Of a stretch of 32,000 bases of DNA, positions 22,456 to 32,000 are shown piece after piece. Source of the DNA: Thermodesulfobacterium commune DSM 2178 (GTDB lineage: Bacteria > Desulfobacterota > Thermodesulfobacteria > Thermodesulfobacteriales > Thermodesulfobacteriaceae); NCBI RefSeq assembly GCF_000734015.1, contig NZ_CP008796.1:1320001-1352000 (forward strand). The letters run 5' to 3'. Made by a program: the position numbers and the translations under genes. Within the stretch, counting starts at the first letter, position 1, and each line of letters starts with the position of its first letter. Under the pieces are notes generated by a model that saw only the letters and a list, made by a program, of their open reading frames with translations, did no database searches and was not told where the DNA came from.

Positions 22456-23613
22456 TTAAAACTTGAGGGTAGCTAACCGCCCTACCGCCTCCTTTAACCT
22501 TTGAATGTCTACTGTAAGGGCTATTCTAAAATATCCTTCTCCAGCAGAACCAAAACCTACACCAGGGGTTACCACTATTGCTAAATCCTGTAAAACTTTT
22601 TTACAAAACTCTCTTGAATCCATCCCTTCCGGAACTTTTACCCAAAGATAAAAGGTAGCAGAAGGCTTTTTTAACTGATATCCCAGGCGTTCAAGTTCTG
22701 CACATAAAAAGTCTCTTCTTTCCTTAAATACTTTTATCAAAGAAGGAGTTATTTTTTCAAGATTGTTTAATGCATAAGCCCCTGCTTCCTGGATGGCTGT
22801 AAAGGCTCCTGAATCTATGTTACTTTTTACCTTAGCTAAAGCAGAAACCAAGGTGGCATTACCTACCGCAAAACCTATCCTCCAACCTGTCATACAAAAG
22901 GTCTTAGATAAACTGTGGAATTCTATAGCTATCTCTTTAGCCCCTTCAACTTCAAAAATGCTTATAGGAGGCTCTTCGTAATACATTTCTATATAAGCGG
23001 CGTCATGAGCCACGATAAAATTGTATTTTTTAGCAAGGGCTATAACCTCTTTGAAAAACTCCTTAGAAGCCGTGGCACCGGTAGGATTGTTAGGGTAGTT
23101 TAACCATAAAATTTTAGTTCTTTCTAAGATCTGTGTTGGAACTTTGGTAAAGTCTGGTAAGAAATCGTTTTCCCAGGTAAGAGGAAGATAAAAAGGTTCT
23201 CCGTCGGTAAAAATAGCCCCTAAGTGATAAACCGGATACCCCGGATCTGGGCAGAGGACTATATCACCTGGATTTACAAAGGCTATCGGGAAATGGGCTA
23301 TACCTTCTTTAGACCCGATAAGGGTGGTTACTTCGGTTTCAGGGTCAAAATCAAGCCCAAAACGTCTTTTCATGTAATCTGCACAGGCTTTACGGTAAAA
23401 AAATGCTCCTGCGTTTGAGGGATATTTATGATTCTCTGGTTTTTCCAAAGCTCTTTTGGCTACCTCTACGATTTCAGCCGGAGTAGGTAAGTCAGGGTCT
23501 CCTATGCCAAGGTCTATAACATCTGCCCCTTCTTTAAGCTTTTCTGATTTCAAACGGTCTATCTCCACAAAAAGATAGGGAGGAACTTTTTTTAGTCTGT
23601 TAGAAAGTTCCAT
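22456..23613 (-). CDS. Class I PLP aminotransferase, LL-diaminopimelate aminotransferase (DapL)-like
   Basis: 385 aa. The N-terminus VPPYLFVEIDRLK...VIDLGIGDPDLPTP is typical of DapL-type enzymes. PLP-lysine motif SLSKTFCMTGWRIG. Confidence 0.65.
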   Translation of the reverse strand: MELSNRLKKVPPYLFVEIDRLKSEKLKEGADVIDLGIGDPDLPTPAEIVEVAKRALEKPENHKYPSNAGAFFYRKACADYMKRRFGLDFDPETEVTTLIGSKEGIAHFPIAFVNPGDIVLCPDPGYPVYHLGAIFTDGEPFYLPLTWENDFLPDFTKVPTQILERTKILWLNYPNNPTGATASKEFFKEVIALAKKYNFIVAHDAAYIEMYYEEPPISIFEVEGAKEIAIEFHSLSKTFCMTGWRIGFAVGNATLVSALAKVKSNIDSGAFTAIQEAGAYALNNLEKITPSLIKVFKERRDFLCAELERLGYQLKKPSATFYLWVKVPEGMDSREFCKKVLQDLAIVVTPGVGFGSAGEGYFRIALTVDIQRLKEAVGRLATLKF

Positions 23614-23625
23614 CTTAAGCCTCCT

Positions 23626-24732
23626 TTATCGTTCTCTTTTCCCTTCGATAAATTCTAAAACCATCTGTCTGGCTATATGGTCAGGGAATTGTTTAGGAGG
23701 ATGTTTCATCGTATAAGCAGAGATGGAAAGTAAAGGACCTCCTATACCTCTATCTTTGGCAAGCTTAGCACATCTTATCGCATCTAAGGCAGATCCTGCA
23801 GAGTTTGGAGAATCTTCTACCTCTAACTTAACCTCTACAGAAAGAGGAACCCCTCCAAAATGTTCTCCCTCAAGCCTAATATAGGCAATTTTTTTGTCCT
23901 TTAACCAGGGAACCCAGTCTGAAGGACCTATATGCACATTTTCCCATCCTATGTCGTAAGGCAGAAGGCTGGTTACAGCCTCTGTCTTAGAAATCTTTTT
24001 GGTTTTTAAACGGCCTCTTTCTAACATGTTTAAAAAATCGGTATTTCCACCAAAGTTTAACTGATAAGTCCTTTTTAAAGGTATACCTCTGTCTATAAAA
24101 AGCTGCACCAAAGTTCTATGTAAAATGGTTGCACCAAGTTGAGATTTTATGTCGTCCCCCACCGCAGGGATACCTTCTTTTTCAAACCTAGCTCCCCATT
24201 CTGGGTCTGAAACTATAAAGGTGGGCATGGCGTTTACAAAAGCAACCCCTGCCTTTAAACAAACCTCGGCATAAAACCTGGCTGCCTGTTCAGACCCTAC
24301 TGGCACATAATTTATCAACACATCTGCCTGGGTTTCCTTAAGAACAGCCACCATGTCTTCCAAACTGTCTTCTTTTTCTGGAGAAATTTGGAAACTTTTA
24401 TCTACAGGAAAATTAAACATATGGTTAGCAACTCCGTCTAAAACCTTACCTTTCCTTACTTTCACGTTAAGCTTGGGAACGTCTCTGTAAAAAATGGTAG
24501 TACAGTTAGGGGGACTAAAAATAGCCTCAGACAAATCTTTTCCTACCTTTCTTGCGTCTACATCCCAGGCAGCCACAAATTCTATGTCTGAAGGTTTATA
24601 ATCTCCTATCTTAGGAAACATGATGCCATGAATCTTTGAAAGGTCTACCTCTTTATAATAAAAAACCCCTTGGACTAAAGAACTTGCACAGTTTCCTACC
24701 CCAGCGATAGCCACCTTTACAGTCTTAGACAT
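23626..24732 (-). CDS. ino1: Inositol-3-phosphate synthase (myo-inositol-1-phosphate synthase)
   Basis: 368 aa. Collinear similarity to bacterial/archaeal Ino1: [42 protein letters not shown]. Confidence 0.9.
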   Translation of the reverse strand: MSKTVKVAIAGVGNCASSLVQGVFYYKEVDLSKIHGIMFPKIGDYKPSDIEFVAAWDVDARKVGKDLSEAIFSPPNCTTIFYRDVPKLNVKVRKGKVLDGVANHMFNFPVDKSFQISPEKEDSLEDMVAVLKETQADVLINYVPVGSEQAARFYAEVCLKAGVAFVNAMPTFIVSDPEWGARFEKEGIPAVGDDIKSQLGATILHRTLVQLFIDRGIPLKRTYQLNFGGNTDFLNMLERGRLKTKKISKTEAVTSLLPYDIGWENVHIGPSDWVPWLKDKKIAYIRLEGEHFGGVPLSVEVKLEVEDSPNSAGSALDAIRCAKLAKDRGIGGPLLSISAYTMKHPPKQFPDHIARQMVLEFIEGKRER

Positions 24733-24825
24733 TATATAGTCCTCCTAAAACAATTTTTCGACTTTATAAAAATATCATAAACCATAATAATATCAATCCA
24801 ACAGTATTTATTCAGTTTAAATTTC

Positions 24826-27237
24826 TTAAGTTTTTTCTTCTATCCTTATCGGAGTTATTCCCATCACTATTTCTCCAGGCAACAACGTTATAATCCTTAC
24901 TCCTTTAGTAGCCCTCCCTTGTTGAGGCACATCTTGAGAGGAAATCCTTATTGCTTTACCAGAACTTGAAAAAACCACAAAGTCTTCTTTTTCAAAAGTA
25001 GCTACCCCATCTGCTAAATATCCTGTTTTTTCGTTTAATCCATGAGCTATGATACCCTTTCCTCCTCTTCCTTGTAACCTAAAATCAGAAAAGGGGGTTT
25101 TTTTACCAAAACCTTTTTCTGTGATCGTAAAAAGATATCCTTGGGAAGAAGTCTTTATTAATCCTAAAACTTCATCGTTGGCGTCTAACCTAATACCTAC
25201 CACCCCTTCAGCCTGCCTTTTGGTGACACCAAGTTCCTCTTCCTCAAAATGAAGGCTCATCCCTTTCTTGGTCAAAAAAAGCAGACGATCGTTACCGTTG
25301 GTAATCACACCTTTACAAAGTCTATCTCCTTTTTTTAGACTTATCACTATAAGCCCGTTTTTCCTTAGGTTTTTTAATTCTTCTATCTCAAGTTTTTTAA
25401 CGATACCTTTGGCTGTAGCCAAGACTAAAAACCCTTCTTCAGCAGGAGGAAGCACAAAGGACACAGGACTTTCCAGGTTAGGGAGCAAATTCTTGATATA
25501 AGTTCCCTTAACTGTTTTTCCAGAAAAGGAAAGCTCTCTAAGGTCAAGTGGGTATACCTTCCCGTCTTCTGTAAAAATCCACAAAACCGCTGTAGCCTCT
25601 GTCTGGATGGCAACTTTTAACCTTTCTTCAGAGGTAAAGGCTAAACTACCTTTCCCCCCTCTTTTTTGCGGGCTGAAAAGTTCTAAAGGAAGCTTTCTCA
25701 CGTACCCTTCTTCACTTATCAAAAACAAAACTTCTTCCGAAGGTAACTTCTCTTCCTGAATTACCTCATCCGAGTCATCTTCAAAAATGATCTGAGTTCT
25801 TCTTTCATCTCCATATTTTTCTTTTATTTCTTTCAATTCTTCTTCTACTACCGCAAGAAGAGTGGGCTCATGGGTTAAAATCTTCTCATAATAACTTATA
25901 GCCCTTTTAATTTCTTCATACTCGAGGAGTATCTTTTCTCTTTCTAAGGCTGTTAACCTTTGAAGTCTAAGGTTTAAAATCTCCTGAGCTTGTATCTCGC
26001 TAAAATCAAACCTCTTTATAAGGGCTTCTTTCGCTTCCTTAGGAGTTTGAGATTTCTTGATAAGTTCTATAATTTCGTCTATATGAGAAAGTGCCTTTAA
26101 AAAACCTTCTAAAATATGAAGTCTTTCCTTAGATTTCCTAAGCTCATATTGCGTCCTTCTTATAATAACAGTCTTTCTCCAGTTTAAGAAATTTTGCAAA
26201 ATATCCTTAAGATTAAGGACCTCAGGTTTTCCGTTAACCAAAGCCAACATGATAACACCAAAAGAAGTCTGAAGAGGAGTCATCTCGTAAATCTTTTTTA
26301 AGATAGTATAAGGGGCGTTCGCCCATTCTTTCTTAAGTTCAACCACAATCCTTATACCCTCTCTGTCAGACTCATCTCGTACTTCTGCGATACCTTCGAT
26401 TTTCTTATCTTTAGCCAATTGAGCTATCTTTTCTACCACCTTAGCTTTGCTAACCTGATAGGGAATTTCGTCAAAGACTATCCTAACTTTATCTTTTTCT
26501 CGTTCTATCTTATGCTTAGCCTTAAGTTTTATACTTCCTCTACCTGTAGTATAGGCCTGTTTTATGCCTTCAGTGCCTACGATATAGGCTCCGGTAGGAA
26601 AGTCTGGCCCTTTTATATATTGCATCAAATCTTCTACTGATGCCTCAGGATTTCTCAAAAGGAAAATTAGCCCGTTGATTACTTCGGAAAGGTTATGAGG
26701 TGGGATGCTAGTTGCCATTCCAACCGCTATTCCTGATGAGCCGTTTATCAAAAGATTAGGAATTTTGGAAGGTAAAACTACAGGTTCTTTCAAGGTGTTA
26801 TCATAGTTAGGGACAAACTCTACCGTTTCTTTTTCTATGTCTGCTAAAAGTTCATGGGCGATCTTAGCAAGCCTTACTTCAGTATATCTCATCGCGGCAG
26901 GAGCATCCCCGTCGACAGAACCAAAGTTTCCTTGTCCATCTATAAGAGGATATCTCATGGTAAAATCTTGAGCCATTCTTACTATAGACTCATAAACAGG
27001 CATATCTCCGTGAGGATGATATTTACCGATAACCTCTCCCACAATTCTTGCACTTTTTTTGTAAGGCTTATTCCAGTCGTTTCCTGTTTCATACATAGCA
27101 TAAAGGATTCTTCTTTGAACAGGCTTTAAACCATCCCTTACATCAGGAAGAGCTCTCCCCACGATAACACTCATCGCATAGTCTAAATAAGATTCCTTGA
27201 GCTCTTCTTCTAAAGAAACAGTGATTACTTCTGACAT
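24826..27237 (-). CDS. gyrA: DNA gyrase subunit A
   Basis: 803 aa. Active-site region [19 protein letters not shown], and C-terminal beta-pinwheel repeats. Confidence 0.95.
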   Translation of the reverse strand: MSEVITVSLEEELKESYLDYAMSVIVGRALPDVRDGLKPVQRRILYAMYETGNDWNKPYKKSARIVGEVIGKYHPHGDMPVYESIVRMAQDFTMRYPLIDGQGNFGSVDGDAPAAMRYTEVRLAKIAHELLADIEKETVEFVPNYDNTLKEPVVLPSKIPNLLINGSSGIAVGMATSIPPHNLSEVINGLIFLLRNPEASVEDLMQYIKGPDFPTGAYIVGTEGIKQAYTTGRGSIKLKAKHKIEREKDKVRIVFDEIPYQVSKAKVVEKIAQLAKDKKIEGIAEVRDESDREGIRIVVELKKEWANAPYTILKKIYEMTPLQTSFGVIMLALVNGKPEVLNLKDILQNFLNWRKTVIIRRTQYELRKSKERLHILEGFLKALSHIDEIIELIKKSQTPKEAKEALIKRFDFSEIQAQEILNLRLQRLTALEREKILLEYEEIKRAISYYEKILTHEPTLLAVVEEELKEIKEKYGDERRTQIIFEDDSDEVIQEEKLPSEEVLFLISEEGYVRKLPLELFSPQKRGGKGSLAFTSEERLKVAIQTEATAVLWIFTEDGKVYPLDLRELSFSGKTVKGTYIKNLLPNLESPVSFVLPPAEEGFLVLATAKGIVKKLEIEELKNLRKNGLIVISLKKGDRLCKGVITNGNDRLLFLTKKGMSLHFEEEELGVTKRQAEGVVGIRLDANDEVLGLIKTSSQGYLFTITEKGFGKKTPFSDFRLQGRGGKGIIAHGLNEKTGYLADGVATFEKEDFVVFSSSGKAIRISSQDVPQQGRATKGVRIITLLPGEIVMGITPIRIEEKT

Positions 27238-27244
27238 ATCTTTA

Positions 27245-27964
27245 CTACACCTCCTTCTTAAGGTGCTCTATCCCTTTTAAAATAGACTCTTTTACCTGTT
27301 GAGCTAAAACCTGTTTGTCCCTTAAAGACAAACCAGTAGTCTCTATAGGTGCTCCTAAATAAACCCCTACCTTCCTTCTTTTTCCTACCTTTAACCAAAG
27401 AGACCCCTTAGGTAAAATATCTTTTGTCCCCCACAGAGAAACAGGCACTACCTTCACCTGAGCTTTAATCGGGATTAAAAACCCCCCAAGCTTAAAAGGC
27501 AAAAGATCTCCGTCCTTACTTCGTGTACCTTCAGGAAAAACTACCAGAGAAACCCCTTCTTTTAACCTTTCTACGCAGGCTAAGATACTTTTAAACCCCT
27601 CCTTAGGGTCTTCTCTTTCCACAGGCACATATCCTAACGCCTTTAATCCCCATCCAAAAAAAGGGATGTTAAAAAGACTTTTTTTGGCTAAAAACCTTAT
27701 GTTATAGGCTTCAAGTACCTTTTCTAAAACCGGGATATCGAGCTGACTTTGATGATTACTCATAAAAACATAACTACCCTTAGGTAAATCTATCTCTTGA
27801 TAAACCTTGATCTCTATCCCTAATACCTTTAACAACCCTTTACACCAGATTCTTGCCCAAAAATGTTTTCTTATCAATAAAGCTAAACTTCCGAAAACAG
27901 GAACGGTTACTAAACAATAGACCCAGCACAAAAAATTTCTTAGAACCTCAGCCACCTTTTCCAT
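27245..27964 (-). CDS. plsC: 1-acyl-sn-glycerol-3-phosphate acyltransferase
   Basis: 239 aa. N-terminal transmembrane segment, HX4D motif NHQSQLD, and FPEGTRS. Confidence 0.8.
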   Translation of the reverse strand: MEKVAEVLRNFLCWVYCLVTVPVFGSLALLIRKHFWARIWCKGLLKVLGIEIKVYQEIDLPKGSYVFMSNHQSQLDIPVLEKVLEAYNIRFLAKKSLFNIPFFGWGLKALGYVPVEREDPKEGFKSILACVERLKEGVSLVVFPEGTRSKDGDLLPFKLGGFLIPIKAQVKVVPVSLWGTKDILPKGSLWLKVGKRRKVGVYLGAPIETTGLSLRDKQVLAQQVKESILKGIEHLKKEV

Positions 27965-27968
27965 AATC

Positions 27969-28622
27969 TCAATAAACGGTAAAGAAATTTCTTAAAAGTA
28001 TCACCCCTTCTGGTAGGTCCTCTTTAGAAAAATCCCAATCCTTAGGGGGTAGAGAATACTTCATCCATCTCTCAAGAGAGGTACCGATAGACTCTGGATG
28101 GAACTGTACCCCTTCTATAGGATATTCTTTATGCCTTATTCCCATAATCTCACCGTCTTCAGCCCGAGCGGTAACCTCAAAATACTCCGGCAAGGTTCCT
28201 GGGTCTATGGCTAAGGAATGATAACGCATAGCCTGAAAAGGATTAGGAAGTCCGGTAAAAACTCCTTTGCCGTCATGATAAATTTGGGAAACTTTTCCAT
28301 GCATAAGCCTTTTAGCTTTAACTATCTTTGCCCCAAAAGCATACCCTATGCTTTGATGCCCTAAACAAACCCCTAAAATCGGGACTTTACCTGCTACCTT
28401 TTTGATAAGTTCCACCGAAATTCCTGCCTCCTTAGGGGTACACGGACCTGGCGAAATCACTAAATAATCTGGCTTTAACTTAAGCACCTCTTCCGTAGAC
28501 ACAGCATCATTTCTAAAAACCTTTATCTCTCCTCCCCAAAGTTTTTCGAGCATAATCCCGATAAGTTGAACCAGATTATAGGTAAAAGAATCGTAGTTGT
28601 CAATTACGATTATCCTTTTCAT
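27969..28622 (-). CDS. trpG: Anthranilate synthase component II (glutamine amidotransferase, TrpG/PabA family)
   Basis: 217 aa. Motifs [11 protein letters not shown], catalytic GVCLGHQ and FHPES. Confidence 0.85.
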   Translation of the reverse strand: MKRIIVIDNYDSFTYNLVQLIGIMLEKLWGGEIKVFRNDAVSTEEVLKLKPDYLVISPGPCTPKEAGISVELIKKVAGKVPILGVCLGHQSIGYAFGAKIVKAKRLMHGKVSQIYHDGKGVFTGLPNPFQAMRYHSLAIDPGTLPEYFEVTARAEDGEIMGIRHKEYPIEGVQFHPESIGTSLERWMKYSLPPKDWDFSKEDLPEGVILLRNFFTVY

Positions 28623-28626
28623 TTTT

Positions 28627-30120
28627 TTAACAAAATTCTCCTAAGGTTTCTATAGCTTTAAAAATAGCTTTAGCTTTGTTTAAAGTTTCTTCATATTCTT
28701 TTTCAGGGTCAGAATCAGCCACAATCCCTGCTCCAGCCTGCAAATAACACAGCTCTCCCTTCTGAAAGAGAGTTCTTATGGTAATGCAAAAGTCCATGTT
28801 ACCTGAAAAACCAAAATAACCTACCGCACCTGCATAAGGACCTCTGACCGTTTTTTCAAGCTCAGAGATAATCTCCATCGCCCTTATCTTAGGGGCTCCA
28901 GACACAGTACCTGCAGGAAAGGTAGCAGCAAACACGTCAAACATATCTAAACCTGGTAAGACCTCTCCTTTCACCCCAGACACAAGGTGCATCACATGAG
29001 AATACCTCTCTACCACCATCAACTCATAAACCTCTACACTTCCATACTTACAAACCCTACCCAGGTCGTTTCTCCCAAGGTCAACCAGCATGATATGTTC
29101 AGCAAGCTCCTTTTCATCTCTTTTTAAATCCTCTTCTAACTCCTTATCTTCTTTTTCGGTTTTACCTCTTCTTCTTGTCCCAGCAATCGGGCGAGTTTCA
29201 ACCAAACTACCTTCCATCCTCACTAAAATCTCTGGAGAAGAACCGATAAGCACCTCATCATCAAGCTTTAAAAAGAAAAGATAAGGAGAAGGGTTTATCT
29301 TTCTTAACGCCCGATAAAAAAGAAAAGGAGATCCTTGTGACCTAAACCTAAACCGTTGAGAAAGCACCACCTGAATGATGTCTCCTTCTAAAATATACCT
29401 TTTAGCCTGCTCTACCATCGAACAAAATTCTTCTTTTGTGATCTCAGGTTGAGGAGAAGAAACGTTAACTTTTTCAACAGACTGACCGTTTGAGTAAAAA
29501 CCTGAGAGGCGATGTTTTATTTCACTTAACCTGTGTATAGCTTTCTGATAGATTTTAGAAGGGTCCTCGTTTAAGTCTATATTTGCGTTATATACAATTT
29601 TCAAGGTATGTTTAAACCTATCATAGATTAAAACCACTTCAGGAAACATAAAATGTAGGTCAGAAAAACCAAGCACATCTTCCCCTACAGGGATCTTTTC
29701 AAAAAGCCTGACCACTTCATAACCTATAAAACCAACAGCCCCTCCAAAAAACCGGGGTAATCCATCTAAAACAGCACAATCTATCTTTTTGATAAATTTT
29801 CTTAATTCATAAAAAGGATTATCACTAAAAAATTCTTGTTTAGAAACTAACCTATCCCCTTGTTTTTCTAAAAGGTTTATCTGATTTCCTTTGCTTTTAA
29901 ACACCAAGTAAGGGTCTATTCCTATAAAACTATACCTTGCCCACTTTTCCCCTCCTTCTAAACTCTCAAGCAAAAAGGAATAAGAGCCTTCTCCTATTTT
30001 ATAAAAAAGAGATATAGGTGTGTCTAAATCACAGGCAACTTCAGTATAAACGGGAACAAGGTTGTGCTTTTTGGCAAGGTCTATAAAGACCTCTTTCTCT
30101 GGAAAAACCTTTAAGCTCAT
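28627..30120 (-). CDS. trpE: Anthranilate synthase component I (TrpE/PabB family)
   Basis: 497 aa. Motifs [39 protein letters not shown] and [17 protein letters not shown]. Confidence 0.85.
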   Translation of the reverse strand: MSLKVFPEKEVFIDLAKKHNLVPVYTEVACDLDTPISLFYKIGEGSYSFLLESLEGGEKWARYSFIGIDPYLVFKSKGNQINLLEKQGDRLVSKQEFFSDNPFYELRKFIKKIDCAVLDGLPRFFGGAVGFIGYEVVRLFEKIPVGEDVLGFSDLHFMFPEVVLIYDRFKHTLKIVYNANIDLNEDPSKIYQKAIHRLSEIKHRLSGFYSNGQSVEKVNVSSPQPEITKEEFCSMVEQAKRYILEGDIIQVVLSQRFRFRSQGSPFLFYRALRKINPSPYLFFLKLDDEVLIGSSPEILVRMEGSLVETRPIAGTRRRGKTEKEDKELEEDLKRDEKELAEHIMLVDLGRNDLGRVCKYGSVEVYELMVVERYSHVMHLVSGVKGEVLPGLDMFDVFAATFPAGTVSGAPKIRAMEIISELEKTVRGPYAGAVGYFGFSGNMDFCITIRTLFQKGELCYLQAGAGIVADSDPEKEYEETLNKAKAIFKAIETLGEFC

Positions 30121-30123
30121 AGA

Positions 30124-31434
30124 CTATCCCTTTACCTCTTTAACCACTTTCGCCACAAGGTCATCTAAACCATCAAAACCTATCTCTTTCTGGGCACTTT
30201 TCTTTAAATCTCTAAAAACAGCTCTTTTCTCAGCCCACTCTTTTTCTCCTAAAATCAGGACAAAATTAGCCCCAAGTTTATCCGCATTTTTTAGCTGCGC
30301 TTTTAAAGACTTTTCTTCATAGGTTGTCTCACATCTTAGACCTTTTTCTCTGAGCTTCTGAGAAAGGATTACTCCTTGTTTTATCAAAGGTTTACCTAAA
30401 AATACCAGATAAAGGTCAGGACAAAGTTTTTCTGTAAGTGTATTTGGGTCAAGAAGTCCCTTATTTTCTTCGTCTCCGAAAAGTGAAATAGCCCATCTTT
30501 CAAGTCCTATAGCAAACCCTATAGCCGGCAACTCCGGTCCACCAAGTTCTTTAACGAGATAATCATATCTACCGCCAGCACACACCGTATCCTGAGCCCC
30601 TAAACCTTTAGCCTTAATCTCAAAGATAGTCCTCACATAATAGTCTAAACCCCTTACCAACCTTGGGTTTAGAGAAAACTCGATGTCTAAGGATTGCAAG
30701 GCCTCCTTAAGCTCCTGAAAGTGTGTTTTGCAGTCTTCGCATAAGAAATCTGTAATCAAAGGACTTCCTGAAACGACCTTTTTACAGCCCTCATTTTTAC
30801 AATCAAGCACCCTTAAAGGGTTTCTCTCGATCCTCTCTTTACAGGTCTCGCAAACCTCATCTTTATGCTCTCTAAGAAAGGATAACAGCGCCTCCCGATA
30901 TTTAGGTCTACACTCAGGACAACCGAGGGTGTTTAATTCTAACGTATAAAGCTGATCAGATTCTTCAGGCAAAGGACTTTTTAAAATCTTTAAGGCAAGA
31001 AAGATAACTTCTGCCTCTAAATAAGGATTCAACTCTGAAAAAACCTCAAGGTCTATCTGAAAAAACTCCCTTAATCTTCCCTTTTGAGGGCGTTCGTGAC
31101 GAAACATCGGGCCTATGGTAAAAAACTTCAGAGGCTTAGGCCTTACATACAAACCATGCTCTATAACCATCCGACAGATTCCTGCGGTAGCCTCAGGACG
31201 TAAGGTCAACCAGTCTTTGTTTCTATCTTCAAAAGAATAGGTTTCCTTTTGAACGATATCGGTGACCTCTCCTATGGACCTTACAAAAAGTTCTGTTTTT
31301 TCAAGTATAGGGATTTTAATCTCTTTAAAATTAAACAGCTTACACCATAGCCGTGCCTTTTCTATCAAATATTCATACTTTACGAAATCTTCAGGCAACC
31401 AGTCTTTAAAACCTCTTACTGCCTGCAGCTTCAT
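30124..31434 (-). CDS. hisS: Histidine--tRNA ligase
   Basis: 436 aa. Motifs GFKDWLP, RPEATAG, FRHERPQKGRLREF, GGRYDYL and RGLDYY. Confidence 0.95.
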   Translation of the reverse strand: MKLQAVRGFKDWLPEDFVKYEYLIEKARLWCKLFNFKEIKIPILEKTELFVRSIGEVTDIVQKETYSFEDRNKDWLTLRPEATAGICRMVIEHGLYVRPKPLKFFTIGPMFRHERPQKGRLREFFQIDLEVFSELNPYLEAEVIFLALKILKSPLPEESDQLYTLELNTLGCPECRPKYREALLSFLREHKDEVCETCKERIERNPLRVLDCKNEGCKKVVSGSPLITDFLCEDCKTHFQELKEALQSLDIEFSLNPRLVRGLDYYVRTIFEIKAKGLGAQDTVCAGGRYDYLVKELGGPELPAIGFAIGLERWAISLFGDEENKGLLDPNTLTEKLCPDLYLVFLGKPLIKQGVILSQKLREKGLRCETTYEEKSLKAQLKNADKLGANFVLILGEKEWAEKRAVFRDLKKSAQKEIGFDGLDDLVAKVVKEVKG

Positions 31435-32000
31435 CTAACATCTTCTCCCCAGGATTTAGCAAGCACAACCCCACCCATAGGCATAAACACCCTGTCATAA
31501 CCTTCGGCCTTTAACCAGCGGACCACCTCATAAGACCTTGTTCCCACACTGCAAACCACCACTAAGTCCTTATCCTTGGGAAGGGTTTTTATCGCTTCCT
31601 TTGCTCCTTGATAGGGAAGGTTAATCCAGTTGGGATACCTCTGTACCATCTCTTTGGCTTCTTCTGGGGTTCTTACGTCTACTATCAACAAGTCTCGGTC
31701 CCTTTCCCTTAATCTTCTTAAAACCTCCTCCCACTCTATCGGTTTAAACCTTTCAAAAATCAAATTTTCTGCCACATGTCCCACAACGTTAATCGGGTCA
31801 AGGGCCGTGTTAAAAGGTGGTGAATAGGCCAACTCAAGCTCTACTAAATCTGCCACCGAAGGTTTTTCTAACAACAAGGTTGACATGGCATGCACCCTGG
31901 CCAAAGTACCATCAGTATAGGGCCCTACAGACTGAAAACCCAAAACCTTACCTGTCCTTTTATCAAACACTAAGTTATAATAGGAACAGCCTATAGAAAA
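31431..32000 (-). CDS. Pyridine nucleotide-disulfide oxidoreductase (CoA-disulfide reductase/NADH oxidase type) with C-terminal rhodanese domain; 5' end outside the window
   Basis: The ORF is open to the window edge. It has a dimerisation-domain sequence followed by a rhodanese domain with active-site loop VVVCSVGTRS. Its stop overlaps the hisS start by 4 nt. Confidence 0.7.
   Translation of the reverse strand, partial: FSIGCSYYNLVFDKRTGKVLGFQSVGPYTDGTLARVHAMSTLLLEKPSVADLVELELAYSPPFNTALDPINVVGHVAENLIFERFKPIEWEEVLRRLRERDRDLLIVDVRTPEEAKEMVQRYPNWINLPYQGAKEAIKTLPKDKDLVVVCSVGTRSYEVVRWLKAEGYDRVFMPMGGVVLAKSWGEDVR

Noticed and set aside
27969-30120. trpE/trpG might really be pabB/pabA, because folK is nearby and no other trp genes are adjacent
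   Set aside because: The N-terminal LLES...RYSFIG region fits TrpE better, and folK is 5 kb away in a different gene run. The question cannot be settled from sequence by eye, so I kept the TrpE/TrpG family call with a caveat.

Overview
The window has two parts.

**1. Prophage, nt 1 to about 17,039, all genes on the + strand.** This is the late/structural half and the right terminus of a Mu/FluMu-like contractile-tailed prophage. In order it carries:
- a MuF-type head morphogenesis protein with a C-terminal toxin-like extension, plus an overlapping small acidic ORF;
- a 300-bp repeat-dense gap;
- baseplate W and J genes;
- a protease-like protein, a scaffold and the major capsid protein;
- connector and neck genes;
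- sheath, tube, and a tail assembly chaperone with a canonical -1 slippery heptamer;
- an IS256-family insertion sequence on the opposite strand, inserted in the chaperone's frameshift extension just before the tape measure gene;
- the tape measure protein, which contains a perfect 54-bp tandem repeat;
- a P2 gpI-like baseplate protein, a tail fibre and a fibre assembly protein;
- an SSB gene, a roughly 400-bp G-depleted noncoding tract, and three abutting 23-bp terminal repeats.

**2. Host chromosome, nt about 17,040 to 32,000.** The host is AT-rich and its proteins are rich in K, E and I, so it is probably a thermophile. Genes present:
- a REC-REC-GGDEF response regulator;
- a fused B12-like/radical SAM + DUF2344-type protein;
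- mreB, a YHS-domain protein, folK and a DapL-like aminotransferase;
- inositol-3-phosphate synthase, gyrA, plsC, trpG, trpE and hisS;
- the 3' part of a rhodanese-fused pyridine-nucleotide-disulfide oxidoreductase.

**Most notable observations:**
- The prophage end is fused into the GGDEF gene. It truncates the GGDEF domain and supplies the last 14 codons from the terminal repeats, which looks like a transposable-phage attR.
- An exact 14-nt motif lies 45-49 nt upstream of three ATGs that lack a Shine-Dalgarno (SD) sequence. Each copy sits where canonical tail-gene synteny is broken.
- A helically phased GTTTAC array follows the MuF module.
- The IS interrupts the chaperone frameshift product.
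- Base composition is mosaic: GC-rich patches cover the sheath gene and the I/fibre/SSB region, and an AT-rich fibre-tip cassette sits between them.

No tRNA, rRNA or CRISPR array was seen.
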